A DNA stretch of 64,000 nt from the human T2T-CHM13v2.0 reference genome, Homo sapiens: NCBI RefSeq assembly GCF_009914755.1, contig NC_060933.1. One strand, 5' to 3'. Shown here one piece after another: positions 44,901-58,359 of the stretch (its first letter is position 1; every line of letters begins with the position of its first letter). A model generated the notes under the pieces. That model was not told the origin of the DNA and did no database searches. It saw only the letters and a program-made list of their open reading frames with translations. The position numbers and the translations under genes were made by a program.

Positions 44901-47900
44901 TAGTCTAGCTAGTGGTTTATCAATTTTGTTTATCTTTTCAAATAACCAACTTTTCATTTCATTGATCTTTTGTACTTTTTTTAGTCTCTGCTTCATTTAG
45001 TTTTGCTCTGATCTTTATTATTTCTTTCCTTTTACTAATGTTGGGTTTGGTTTGTTCTTGTATTTTAGTTCCTTGGGATGCATCATTAGGCTATTTGTTG
45101 TTGATGTAGACATTTATTGCTATAAACTTCCCTCTGAACACTCCCTTCTCTGTATCCCACAGGTTTTGGTAGATTGTGTTTCCATTTTCATTTGTTTCAA
45201 AAATGTTTTAAATTTCCATCTTAATTTCTTCATTGACCAAATAATGATTCAGTAGTATGTTGTTTAATTTCCATGTATTTTTTATAGTTTCCAAAGTTCC
45301 TCTTGGTATTGATCCCTAGTTTTATTCCATTGTGGTCTGAGAAAATAACAGTATAATTTTGATTTTTTAAAATGTGTTGAGGCTTGTTTTGTGGCCTAAA
45401 ACATGGTCTATTATAAAGAATGTTCCATGTGCTGATAAGAAGAATGTATATTCTATAGTTGCTGGATAAAATGTTTTCTAAATGTCTGTTTGGTCAATTT
45501 GGTCTAAAGTCCAGATTGAATCCAATGTTTCTTTGTTGATTTTCTGTCTTCATGGTCTGTCTAACGACGAGAGTGGAGTGTTGAAGTCCCCTACTATTAT
45601 TGTACTGGAGTCTATCTCTCTCTTTAGATACAGTAATATTTGCTTATGAATCTGAGTGCTCCAGTTTTGGGAGCATATATATTTAAAGTTGTTATTTCCT
45701 CTTGCTGGATTGATCCTCTTATTATTACACACTGACATTTTTTGTCTTTTGAAGTCTGTTTTACCTGACATAAGTATAGTTACTCCTGCTTGCTTTTGGT
45801 TTCTGCTTGCATGTAATATCTTTTTCTATCCCTTTATTGTGAGTTTATGTGTATCTTTGCAAGTAAAGTGGGTTTCTTGTAGGCAGCATATAGTTAGATC
45901 ATGTTCCTTTATTCATTCATCCAATCTACATCTTTTAAGTGGATGATTTAATCCGTTTATATTCAAGGTTATTATTGATATGTGAAGTTTTGTTTTTGTC
46001 ATAAAGTTAGTTGTTTTCTGGTTCCTTTGTTCATTTCTTTTTCTCTTGTTTGTCATTGTGGTTTGGTAATTTTATGTAGTAGTATCACTTGAGTCCTTTC
46101 TCTTCCTCATTTGTGTGTTTGGTTAACCAATGGGTTTTATATTCTCGTGTGTTTTCATGGTGGTAAGTGTTGTCCTTTCACTTCACTTCCAGGTTTAGGA
46201 CTTCTTTGTGCCTTTCTTGTAGGGCCAGCCGGTCTAGTGGTCATAAATTCTCTCAGCATTTGCTTGTCTGAGAAATACTTTATTTTTTCTTTATTTATGA
46301 AGAGTAATTTTGCTGGATATAGTATCCTTGGGTGCAATCTTTTTTCATTCAGTACTTTTCACATGCCATCCCATTCTTTTCTGGCCTGTAAGGTTTCTAA
46401 TGAGAAGTCCGCTGTTAGTCAGATAGGGGTTCCTTTATAGGTGACTATAAACTTTTCTTGTGCTGTTGTTAGAATCCTCTCATTGTCATTAACTTTAGAC
46501 AGTTTGACTATAATATGCTGTGGAGAAGACCTTTTTGCATTGTATCTGTTTGAGCATCTTTGAGCCCCCTGTATCTGGATGTCTAAGTCTTTTCTAAACA
46601 TGGAAAGTTTTCATCTATTATTTCATTAAATATGTTTTCTAACATTTTCATTCTCTCTCTATCCTTGAGGACACTGATAATTTAAATTTTGGTTGCTTTA
46701 TGTATGTTGTCCCAAATGTCACAAAGGCTTTGCACTTTCTTTTTTCTTTTTTTCTTTATTTTTGTCTGACTTGATTACATTAAAAGACCTGTATTCAAGT
46801 TGAGATTCTTTCTTCTACTTGAGCAAGTCTACTGTTAAAGCTTTCAAACGTATTTCATATTTCATTTAATAAACTCTTTAATTCCAGAATCTCTGTTTTA
46901 TTCTTTTTAAAAGTATCTCTTTTTGGGAAATTTCTCATTCATATCCTGAATTGTTTTTCTCCTCCTCTGTTTTTCAGAATTCTCTTGTATCTCACTGAGC
47001 TTCTTTAAAATCAGTATTTTGAAATCTTTGAGATTTTGTGAATTTCTCTTTGATTGGGATCTGTTTCTGGAGAATTATTGTGTTCCTTTGGAGGTGTCCT
47101 ATTACCTTGCTTTTTCCTGTTTCCTGTGTTTTTACGTTGATATCTGGTGTAACAGTCCAAGTTTTTGAATTTGTTTTCATAGGGGAGGACTTTTTCCTGA
47201 AGATATAAGATATGTACATCTACTTTTTTGTGACGAGATATATATATATGGCACTTTGGCTTTGATTTTGGGTGCATGCAGTTAGTCCTTATATGATTTC
47301 TTCAGCTGTAAACAGTGTCAATGGTGTCTGTGATTTCCTCAGTGGCTTAGGGTGCAGTTATTAGTAAGTCTGTGGTGAAGTTTTACTGGGGACTAAGATG
47401 CCAGATGGCCAGTCTGCAGGCCTTAGTGGTGGGAGCAGTGAGCTGAACATGCCTGTACTTAAACCCACAGTATAGGTTGGCTCTGGTGTTAGTGGGTCTA
47501 GGTTTGCCAATTCTAGGGCTTCCAGTTGGCTTGCTCACATGCTGGTGGTGGCAGCAGTGGGCCAGGCATGTGGGCAGGTTCTCAGACCACTGGGCAGCAG
47601 GTATGATGTGGGCAATGGCAGTAGCAGTGATGGGGCAGCCCAGTGGGACCCAAATGGTCCATGCTGTTGTTCCTGGTGTCTGCAAAAGTCTAGGAGTGCC
47701 AGTCCCCTGGCCTTCAGGTGGCTTGTGCAGGTGGGTGCCAGCTGTGGTGGTATCAGCAGGTTGGGTGAGCCCAACCTCAGACCCTGGGAGGAGTGCTCAA
47801 ATGTCAATGGTGTTGGACTGTGTTCGCTGATCCCAGGCCCCTGATGGCAGGCTGAAGTAATGGGGGAAGGGAACTAGGTTGGTGGACGTGTCCTCAGGGC

Positions 47901-48893
47901 CTCTGGTAGTGAGTTCAGGTGATGGTGCTGACAGGCAGAGGCCAACCAGTCCACAGGCCACTGGCACAATGTTCAGGTGGGGGCAGCAGTGCACTTCAGG
48001 CCTGCCTCCAAAGAGGATGAGGCCACTCAGTGGGAGCTGCTTAGGGAACTGTGAAACTCACAGTTTGCTGGCACCTTGGTCCCACAGAAGCCTGCAGCAG
48101 CAGCAATGCTATTTGTCTTTGGGGCATGTGATAGTGCCTGGCCTCTCCTCTTCCTTCTTGGCCTGGCAGCAGCAGAAGTGGTGTTGGCCTAAGGGCAGGA
48201 CATAGTCCTTTGAGGATTGTGCTTTCAGGCTGGTGCCCACTGTGGGCATGCCACCAGGGAGGGCAGGGTCATTCTCAATGGGAACGGCATAGGCAGGCAG
48301 CTGTGGGGCTTATGGGTTTCTCACGTCTTAGTCCCACAACAGCTGCAGCTGCAGTGGGATTTGTCCTCAAGATGTGTGAAAGGGCCTGACCTCCTCTGTT
48401 CCTCTTTGGTCTACCACAGCTGCAGTGGCATCAGCTCCAGGGAATGCAGTCCTTTGCCAGTTGAGCTCTCAGAATGGTGCCATATTGTAGCTGCTCAGGT
48501 CTCAGGAGCCCGTGGGACTAAGCATGAGCTCCCTTTGGAGCAATGTCACTGCACAATCTCTAGGTAGCTCTCTATGAGAGTCTCAAGGCCTGCAAGGGTT
48601 AAGCGCCTCTCGCTGGTAGAAATCCCTTGCAGGAATGTGGAGCCCTGAGGGGATCACTCATTTACCTTTTCCCCATGTTTGGGAGCTTCTTCCAGCTCCC
48701 AGCCAATCCTGGCCAAGCAGGCTACCTTGCTTCCCTCTCCTTCTTTGCTTTTGGTGCTTCCCGTCACTTCTCTGTTGAATGCCAGTGTTCTCTCTTCCAC
48801 GATGTATTTAAAGTGTGAATATCTACTTGCTATTTTGGTTCCTCTCCATGGAAGAGGTGTGTACTAGCTGCATCTAGTTGGTCATCTTGCCTC
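41960..48893 (-). mobile_element. Near-full-length decayed L1MA (L1MA2/3-like 3' end, L1M2-type 5' UTR), about 6.9 kb including an AluJ
   Basis: Ordered relics: GC-rich 5' UTR (approx. 47300-48890), ORF1 (PRILYPAKL, HIIVKLSKV), endonuclease (TIIVGDFNTPLS), RT ([27 protein letters not shown]), C-terminus (MFITALFTIAK), 3' UTR; many stops and frameshifts. Confidence 0.95.
43076..43383 (-). mobile_element. AluJ in L1 ORF2, no TSD
   Basis: gagacagggt, ctgggctcaagtgatcctcc diagnostics. Confidence 0.92.
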
Positions 48894-49430
48894 CTTCCCA
48901 TAAGTGCATTTAAAAGTTCAAATGCAGTGAGGCTACAAGGCTAATTTTTACTCTAATTTGAGCTATTCATACAATCAAATTTGTATAACTTATTATAAAT
49001 ATGGTATTCCTAAAAAAATCAATACAAATATTTCTCTTACTGTTAAATGCCTTACTTTAGGAAATGATTGGCATTGATTTAATCTTCTGTATGTAGTCAC
49101 ATAATCTAGACATCTTTGAGATGTGCCAAAACATTATAACTGTTGCTCCCATAAAGAGTTACACAATTGTGCTCATTTTATGTCAATAGCTCATATGTAT
49201 AAGATTCCAGAAATGTAACAAAATACAGAGAATCTTAAGAATCAAATGCTTATTAGGGACAAAATTCTGTTTTGGAAAACCCTCTCGACATCAATTACTT
49301 TTCCCTAAAAACAAACCACACAAAGTATAAAGGAAAAAAAATCTCTTCAAATAAACTCTGTGGCTTGTAGATAAAATATTAGTGATTCTCTTAGAAGTAC
49401 AACTCATTTCATTTGTAAGAAGGGTCAGTA

Positions 49431-49701
49431 GGTTGGGCATGGTGTCTCACGCCTGTAATCCCAGCACTTTGGGAGGCCAAGGCAGGCAGATCACTTGAGG
49501 TCAGGAGTTCAAGACCAGCCTGGCCAACATGGAGAAACCCTGTATCTACTAAAAATACAAAAATTAGCCAGGCATGGTAGCATGTGCCTGTAGACCCAGC
49601 TACTAAGGAGGCTAAAGCACGAGAATCACTTGAACCTGGAGGCAGAGGTTGTAGTGAGCCAAGATCACGTCACTGCATCTCAAAAAAAAAAAAAAAAAAA
49701 A
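49431..49701 (+). mobile_element. AluS with about 30 bp missing before the tail
   Basis: gtcactgca joined directly to tctcaaaa; TSD aagaagg(g/t)tca. Confidence 0.93.
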
Positions 49702-50547
49702 GAAGGTTCATGGGTTCATGAGCTCACTGTCATCTCTAAGAGAATGACTCATAATTGTTTTACTTTCTTAAAAAGGCAAATTGTAAGCATATTCATTAAT
49801 GGTTTTAGAATCTCTAAAACTCACTGCTGCTTCTGAAAATTAACATTTTCCTCATTCTTGCAGAAACATTCACCAAGAAATCACAACACCAGGGCCGTGA
49901 TAAGACTTTGGACTCTCAGCCTTTAAAAAGAGTATGAGAAGTAATCTAACACTACAGCGGTTAACACAAGAATGAGCCTGAAGTCAGAATTTCTCCTTGC
50001 ACAATTATGATTGTCCAAAAGTTTGGTTTTGCTTATGTTGAAAAAGAAAGGGTAAAGACAAAAATTACTTAAAGGAAAAAAAAGAAGCTCTAAAAAGAGA
50101 CAACAGACTTAAAATCCTTAAGCCTCAATAAGGCAGGCACAAAGATGAAGGAACCATCTTGAAGCACTACAACATTTTGCTGAAACACCAGTAACTACAG
50201 TACCTAAACCACCTTCCTATCCTTTCCTCCTCCACTTCTAAAGATAAATTTAAAACAAATGCTAGTTAAATAAGAGGAGCTACCAGTGCAATTAAATACA
50301 GAATCAAGTTAAAAATGAAAACATGGGAATTCCAATACTGTAGGTCTTTAAAAATATAATGCACTACCGTTCACCTTGGAAAGCTAAGAAGTCATTCTCT
50401 TGAAGTCCTTCTCAGAATTCTGTCAGAATATGAAATTCAGATGGAAATATATATGCAAATAGGTATACATTATTTTTTAGCCCACCACTGTGAAAGAAAA
50501 TATGCAAATTTGCTCTTGAAAGGTCCAGTTTATGAATGCGTGGTCAA

Positions 50548-50637
50548 AGTAACAGCAGGATATTGGAAACATAACATCAACTACTTAAAACTCAGTAACA
50601 GCAGGATATTGGAAACATAACATCAACCACTTAAAAC
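50548..50637 (+). repeat. 44-bp direct duplication (period 46, one mismatch)
   Basis: agtaacagcaggatattggaaacataacatcaac(t/c)acttaaaac at 50548-50591 and 50594-50637. Confidence 0.97.
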
Positions 50638-50699
50638 AGGCCTTACCATTTTCACCTTCTTTTATCTATCCCTGTAGACCTGCTGATTCCCTGGTCAGA

Positions 50700-50958
50700 G
50701 TGTCCAACTCATCCTCACACTGTTCCGCATTACTTTTCCCATAAATTCTCCTAAGGTTCCAAGAAGAAGGTCTCATTCTCTTCTCCCTGTTACTACTATA
50801 TCTTTACATACCATTATCGTTGCATTTGCCGTGATCTTTATATGTCTTCTCATTAGTCTATGAGTTCCCTGCAATCAGCAACTATCTTCTCCCTTTTGAA
50901 CCCCAGCACCTGACAACACCAGCTGTAAGAGTAAATGCTCAAGAAATGTCTGAATAAT
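50700..50958 (+). mobile_element. L2 3' end
   Basis: tagtctatgagttccctg...ccccagcacctgaca...gtaaatgctcaagaaatgtctgaat. Confidence 0.75.
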
Positions 50959-50973
50959 TTAAGAATTATCTAA

Positions 50974-51252
<279 letters not shown>

Positions 51253-51874
51253 TTATCTAATCCGCACTCCTTATCTAATCACCATATAGCCTTGGGCTTT
51301 TTCTTAGCATTTAATTCAGAGCGGCCTCTCCCAATATAAATGAAATATACCCTCCCCTTGTAAATCTCCTCTCGGTGTCCAAATCAACAAATAAGTTTGT
51401 GCCTACTCAACTTTTTGAGTTCTCATCAAGAGGTCTTCATTATGACATCTCTCTCTGAAAGAGAAAAATTTCTTTTCTGGCGCACAGCTGTGAATCAGGA
51501 TGTGCTTAGAGTCATTCCAATCATTCTTTAGTAAGCATCCATTGATCGCCTAGCTGGGCACTATCTAGGCTTGAGTTTACACTCCTGTGGGAAAGGTCAA
51601 TCCCCCAGATTTCTTGCCTCTAGGCCAAAAGCCCTTTGAGCCCCAAACTCTCCATGACTAAGACCAAAACATTTGGGTGAGAATTTTTCAATGTATCTCT
51701 TACTGGTAGCCAAAAAAAGTTCCTTAAATATCTACATTTAATTTCCAAGGGGCAACCTAATGATTCATGACGAGTAATCACCTCCAGCCCCACTCATCAA
51801 GATGTCTCTCTATTTGTGGGGAGATGTATTCAAAAACAGGCTGGATTCCTCTCTCCAGGATGGGTTAAAATAGC

Positions 51875-52006
51875 CAGGATGACCATATCTTCTGGTTGCC
51901 CAGGGCAGCCTCGGTTTATAACCACTGTCCTGAGGTAATTATCGATAGCATCCTTTGCATTCTCCAGAGTATCCTGGTCCAGACAATAATGTATATGGTC
52001 ATCCTA
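51875..52006. mobile_element. MER94-like (hAT-Blackjack)
   Basis: Perfect 13-bp TIR aggatgaccatat/atatggtcatcct; internal gtaattatcgatagc; about 130 bp. Confidence 0.8.
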
Positions 52007-52669
52007 CATATAACTCTGTCTTATTGGGTGTGGGGGAGGCTTTATAAGAAAATCCATAAGCAACCAGCTTTTCCTTTTCATACAACCTCTATCTTAAAAA
52101 ATAACTCAGATTTTCAGTAAGAAAATTGTGGGAGTTAGATGTGTTTCTTACATTGGGAGGATGTACTTTTTGCCCTTGCTATAAAACCAGCGAACAACAT
52201 AACCCAACTGTCTGCTTTGTTTCAGACAGTGGGGAAACACAGTGAAAAAGGTCATTTCAACTAAAATGCAATCTGTAGATGAGATAGCTATTATCTGTGT
52301 TAATTATATCTCCAGTGACCTACTTAGGGGAAAAATATCTTTCCACCAAAATCCTATTTGATGTATCTTCAAAGGCTGTAATTAAATATATAAAAAGGAA
52401 TTCCGTTGTTACAAGAAAAAAAGAGGTAAAATTAGCTCTATTTTTGTTCTATCAATTAGTGGGATGCCTTTGCTGTCGTAATAACGAAAGTTATGCCTCC
52501 AAGGCGTAAGGAAGCAAAAGAGAACAATCTGCAGCTTCCTTTCATTTTACCCCAGTGATACAGATGTGTCCTGTGGTTTTTTCATTAAAATGATGGAAAA
52601 GGCAGGATGGCACAATACTTACAACAAGGCAGTCCCTTTTGGATTTATTATTTTTTTTCTTGGCACTAA

Positions 52670-52920
52670 AGAGCCTATCCTTGCTGGAATCCCAGATTTC
52701 TAGCATGCTAGTTAACTGGATGACCTTAAACAAATTACTTAAACCCTTTGACCCTCAGCTTCCTCATCAAGTAAATGAGTATAATTAATAAATAAATAAG
52801 TATAATACATCAAGTAAATGAGTATAATATAAATGAGTATAACACATCATCATTTGTTGTGAGAATGAAAATCACATTAATTGTAGAAAGCAGTATTCAA
52901 ACATTCATTATTATGATAAG
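52670..52920 (+). mobile_element. MIR with internal tandem duplications of taaatgagtataa
   Basis: tgaccttaaacaaattacttaaaccctttgaccctcagcttcctcatc core; catcaagtaaatgagtataat occurs twice. Confidence 0.75.
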
Positions 52921-53085
52921 TGATAAGGGTGATACCTGCGGAAATGGAGAGGAAGAAGCAAATGCAATGGTTTGGAAAACTCAATGCATTTGGAAGACAA
53001 GGTCGGAGATGGGAATCATAATCTTTGAGACATTGGTGAACTTAGTGGCATTTCTATTAATAAGGAGAAAGTTGGAAAAGGTGCC

Positions 53086-53488
53086 TGAATCAGTTTCTTA
53101 GGCTGCTGTAACAAAGTACCTCATACTGGCTGGCTTAAAACCCAGGAAACACATCCTCTCACGGAGCTGCTGAGAGGGACTCTGCTCCATGCTCCTCTCC
53201 CAGCTCCTGGTGGTTGTGGGCAATGCTTGATGTTCTTTGCTTGTGGCAGTGTAACTCCAACCTGTGCCTTTGCCTTCACATGGTCCTCTTTACTCTGGTG
53301 TGTCTGTGTCCCATTTTCAGTCTTCTTAAAGACACCAGCCACAATTAATTTGGGGCCCACTCAAATCCACTATGAGCACAGCTTGACTTGATTACATCTA
53401 CAGAGACCCTATTTCCAAATAAGGTCACATTCACAGGTTCCAAATTCATCACGAATTGGAGTGGGGGCGCACGATTCAACCCAGCACA
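53086..53488 (-). mobile_element. MLT1C-like solo LTR
   Basis: ggctgctgtaacaaagtacc...gaccctatttccaaataaggtcacattc...attcaaccc. Confidence 0.88.
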
Positions 53489-53945
53489 GGGCCTGTTTGG
53501 GAGCAGTGATCACAGGGTCAACACTCTTAAATTGGACATAATAAAGTTCCTCTAGGAGGACTTTTACAGAAATGAAAAGAATAATAGGGATTCATGCACA
53601 TTTTCCACATATAGCAAATTTTTTTAGCCTCTAACATGAAAGGGTCTCTTCATTGTTCTCATTTGTCTTACCCGCCATCCAGTGTTAAGCAGTATGTTAA
53701 AGAGCTTCTTCTTTACAACTTTTCCCCTCACATTATTTTCTACATGCAGCAACTTCTTTAACCAAGTTGTTTGATTAGGAGTAAATGTGCATAAACGATC
53801 ATATTATTAAGCTTCTGCACCCATGTGGCAGCATCACTTTAACTTCTTCCTCAACCACCCCAGAAGTGTGGACCCAGAGATCCCTTCCCATTTAATATGG
53901 TAAGTACGTGGTTCAACTCTTTACTATTTAATGAGAAAGCCTTTC

Positions 53946-54243
53946 TTTTTTTTTTTCTTTTTTTTTCTAAGACAGAGTCTTGCTCTATTGCCAGGCTGGA
54001 GTGCAATGGCACAATCTAGGCCCACTGCAACCTCCGTCTCCTGGGTTCAAGCGATTGCCTCAGCCTCCCGAGTAGCTGGGATTACAGGCACGTGCCACCA
54101 CACCCAGCTAATTTTTGGATTTTTAGCAGAGACAGGGTTTCACCATGTTGGCCAGGATGGTCTTGATCTCCTGACCTTATGATCCCGCCCACCTCGGCCT
54201 CCCAAAGTGCCGGGATTACAGGCGTGAGCCACCGTGCCCAGCC
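53946..54243 (-). mobile_element. AluSc
   Basis: ttgccaggctgg and ggatggtcttgatc diagnostics; TSD agaaag(c/t)ctttc. Confidence 0.94.
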
Positions 54244-54559
54244 AAGAAAGTCTTTCGATAGGACATGTAGTCTCTAGTTCAACACAAGCCCTCCCAAGTG
54301 CTCTCCCTCATCCTTGTGGTCTGATACCAGATCCATTCGCACATTTACGGTACCTGTTGGAGCTCTGAAAGCTTAAGTTTGCCACCCATGAACTCCATGA
54401 ATTCTAACACCTTGTGGCCCTGAAACCAGCCCTCCTTTTCAAGCTAGAACTATCACTTGACTCCATGTCACCCAAAATTCCCGCACTTGTCACTGAAGGG
54501 CCAGCCATTTTCCCTTATTATTCAGTTGTTTTGAAATGTTTCTCAGTCCAGCTTTGGTC

Positions 54560-54670
54560 TCCCCCACAACTAGATTAAAAATAGCTTTGTATTTTGTATC
54601 CTCCCACAACACCTAGCCTGACAATCTGCACAGAACAGACATTCAAATGCTTGCTGGCAGAAAATGAAAG
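54560..54670 (+). mobile_element. L2 3'-end fragment
   Basis: ttttgtatcctcc...acctagc...cacagaacagacattcaaatgcttgctgg. Confidence 0.55.
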
Positions 54671-56825
54671 GCCCAGTGGGACAATGTCCTACAACGGCTC
54701 TCCTATTCTGGGGCTCTTGGCGCCACCCTAAGAGTTGGGGAAAAGAGCCCCAACTTTGGAGGACCTCATTTCGGCCCTCTTTCATCTTCTCCCCACCCAA
54801 GGGAGCAATGAGGACACAGGCCCAAGGGACCGTGCCTATTTGTAGCCCATGTCCTCTCCCCAGCTTCACATCCTCGTTGCAAGCGCTTGGGACTCTATAA
54901 TTTTCTCCACCCAAATGATCCCAAACCCACTTCTAGGGCTTGCATGGGCCCTCCCCAGTCCATCGTCTTGGGGGTGAACATGTCACTGGTGTACATGTCA
55001 CTAAATCTGAAGGTAGCCAGGGGACAGATGTTTGCAAGGGGGTGTTGACAAAGCCTGGATGTTCTAGCCAGGGTGCACATAAAGTCTTTTGCACTGTGGG
55101 TGGGAGGGGGTAGAGAGAAGGGAACACCAGCCAGGGGTTTCCATTGGTAACCCTGTCTGTGCCCTGCAAATGTACGGTGCCTCCCTGGCTCAACATGCAC
55201 TCAGGGGTTGAAGCAGTAACTATCAATGGCAATATTTTCTCATTTCCAACTTTTATCCAGGATATGCTCTTTCAGCCTCGGTATATTTTGGTATAGATCT
55301 ACTCAGTAAAGAAAGATCTCACTTCGATTTGTTTGCTAAAAGAATGGTAGACTAAATACAGAGAAAGCCTTCACCTTCACCCAGAGTTTTTAAGAAGTGA
55401 AAGAAACTTTGCAAGCATGTACAATTGGTACATATTATTAGCTAAAGGTGCTAAGATTCCTCTGAGTTAGCCAGTTTCTGGAGCAGATATAATACCCAGG
55501 ACAATTGGGAGTAATGTCATGTGGTCACATACATATCAATATCCACCCTGAAATACCATCGCAGTGCACATCTAGGTTCAAAACACACTCATTATCATAA
55601 AATACAGTCAAGTTAGGAGCTACAGCATGAAATCAATTCAACAATACTAATTAAAAGTACATTTAAACTATCTTCAAAGCAGCTGTTAAATCTCACTTTA
55701 TCTATTCTATAATCCAACCATTGTTTACACATGGAAGTTCAAAGAGAATCAAATGGGAGGTGGAAATGAGATGGGCTTGACAAGGCTTTGTTAAGGTCAG
55801 GTTGTCCACAGGGGCAACAAAATTATTCACAGGGTAAAGTGTGCAAATTAAGATGGTCACCTTCGTATTCACTCTCACACACTGGAAATTTAGCTACGCT
55901 AGGTCTCAAAATCAGACATCAGATTTTTCCTTACTGTTATGCTATTGTGGGCCCAGTTCCTGTTTTAAATTCAGTATGGAATTGAAAATACAACTCTGAT
56001 TTTCCTGATGAGGAATATCTTCAGGCAGTCTGCTTGGTCTTCCCCTACCCCTGCCCTCAAAACATACATTGCTGAATTGTTTTCCATCATAGGTTGAAAG
56101 GGAAAATTTTCAACCTTTTTGGCAGATTAGCTGAAAATTTTCATTATACTTTATACAGAATGTATGTGCCTGCAAATCAACAAGCAATGCAAATCAAGCA
56201 TCTTTGGCTAGCATGCTTTGACACAGTTTGATATATTATACATTCTTTAGCTGTTCTTTTCCTCCTCTCCCTCCTCATCCTTTTTCAAATTTTGAATCTT
56301 CAATTTCTACTCATCTACTAATGCTGACAACTCAAACTCTGTCCTGCAGATAAGCAGGGTCTTTAGACTTCCTTTATGTGGTCAACCACTGGCATAAACT
56401 CATCCCCATCCACGCCAGCCTGCCCCTTGGCCACCATGAAGTACATCTTGCAGCAGGCACAAAACTAGTCAAGGGACTAGAAAAAGCAGGACCTCATCAT
56501 ATACATGCGCAGACACTCACCCACCCCCCCCTTCAAGTGACCCCAAATCACTAGGTCATCAAGTTCTGAAGCTGCCTCCAGACTGAAGCTGAAGCCCTCT
56601 TTCATGGGACCCTTCCCTGCTCCTAAAGTCTGGTCAATTCCAGCCCCTAGGAAGAAATATAGTGAAAAATAGGAAGGATTATTCTCCTACTAGATCTGAG
56701 CAGCATCTTTGGGCAACAAGAAACAATAAGAAAAAGAGTTAGGGCCATGTTCTTTGCTTTTTTTAAAAAAAAATCCTTTTCATTCTTCATGGCTCATTTG
56801 GTAGAAATCATCTTCAGTGATTTTA

Positions 56826-57188
<363 letters not shown>

Positions 57189-58359
57189 TCAATTATTCCC
57201 AAAAGTTCTAAAATAAAATTGAATCTATAATATCCAGATTCTGGGGGATTATTTGTTTGGTTTTTCTTTTGGTGGGGAGTTGGTGGTGAAAAGTGAAGGA
57301 CAGTGGAGGCTTTGAGAGGCTGAGAGATGAACAAATCTGAGAAAATAATCTGGAAATGAAAATAATGAGAGATAACATGCTCCGAGCATTTCTTGGGTTT
57401 TTATAGCTTTGGTTTCTGGAAAGAATGGATTTGCTGATGAGCTTTCCTAACAGAATTGAAAACTGAAACTTTTCTTGGTCCTACATTCTGTGATATGTCC
57501 CAAGTTACACCAACTGGTGAATTTGATTCTCATTTTTGTTATGATATATTATTTATAACAATTGCATTCTGCTCTTTTAAGAATTTCAAGATCACCTCAC
57601 CAAGAATGATTACTCTGACATAATAAAGGAAACAAATGTTACCAAAGACCCAATTCACTCAGCAAGGGAGCAAGGGCAACCTCTTCCAGAAGGACCTACC
57701 GTTGTAGCCTTCACAACATCAGAGAAACAAGGATAAATTTTAATATCATTATTATTTCACCTTAGTTTCTTTTTAATGCCCAAGCATTTTTGGGTTCTTA
57801 TAGCCAAATACAATTAGTGCTATTAAGCATCTTAATTGAAATGCCCGTAACTATCAGATTCTAACTTATTTTCCATCCAGCGTTAAGCAGCAGAAACTGT
57901 GCCAACCAACAGAACACTGTACTGCAGGCTGCCAGGAGAAAAGTGAACATAACTCAATGAGGGTTTTCTGAAAACTGCATCTACTGCATCATCATGACAA
58001 TATGAATGAGGATCACTCCATTTACCTAATGGTGACATGACCTGCTGGAAAAACACATCCCAGGAAAAAAGGCACATCAAAGTCCCAAACTAGCCTTATG
58101 GAAGCTAATTATTCTCATATGTCTCTCAGAGGAGCTTCATAAATATTGATCATTCATGGAAGGGTGAAATCTCAATAATTAGCCTTGTTCTTTTCTACTC
58201 CCCCAGCCCAGTTCTTGGATACACCCGGGCTCCTTCCTTAGTACCTCTCCCTAAGACTATGCAAGAGACAGGGAGAGAGTAAGGGAAGGAATGTTTATGG
58301 AGAAACCATGTGTGGCAGGCACTACACTACACCTACCATCTTCATAAATGGCATCTCAG

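Noticed and set aside
42216-47277. Reverse transcriptase, endonuclease and ORF1-like peptides as an active or novel RT system
   Set aside because: Fragmented, frameshifted relics of an ordinary L1MA with a degenerate catalytic motif.
47300-48890. GC-rich stretch as a CpG island or promoter
   Set aside because: CpG-depleted (TG/CA-rich) and positioned as the L1MA 5' UTR.
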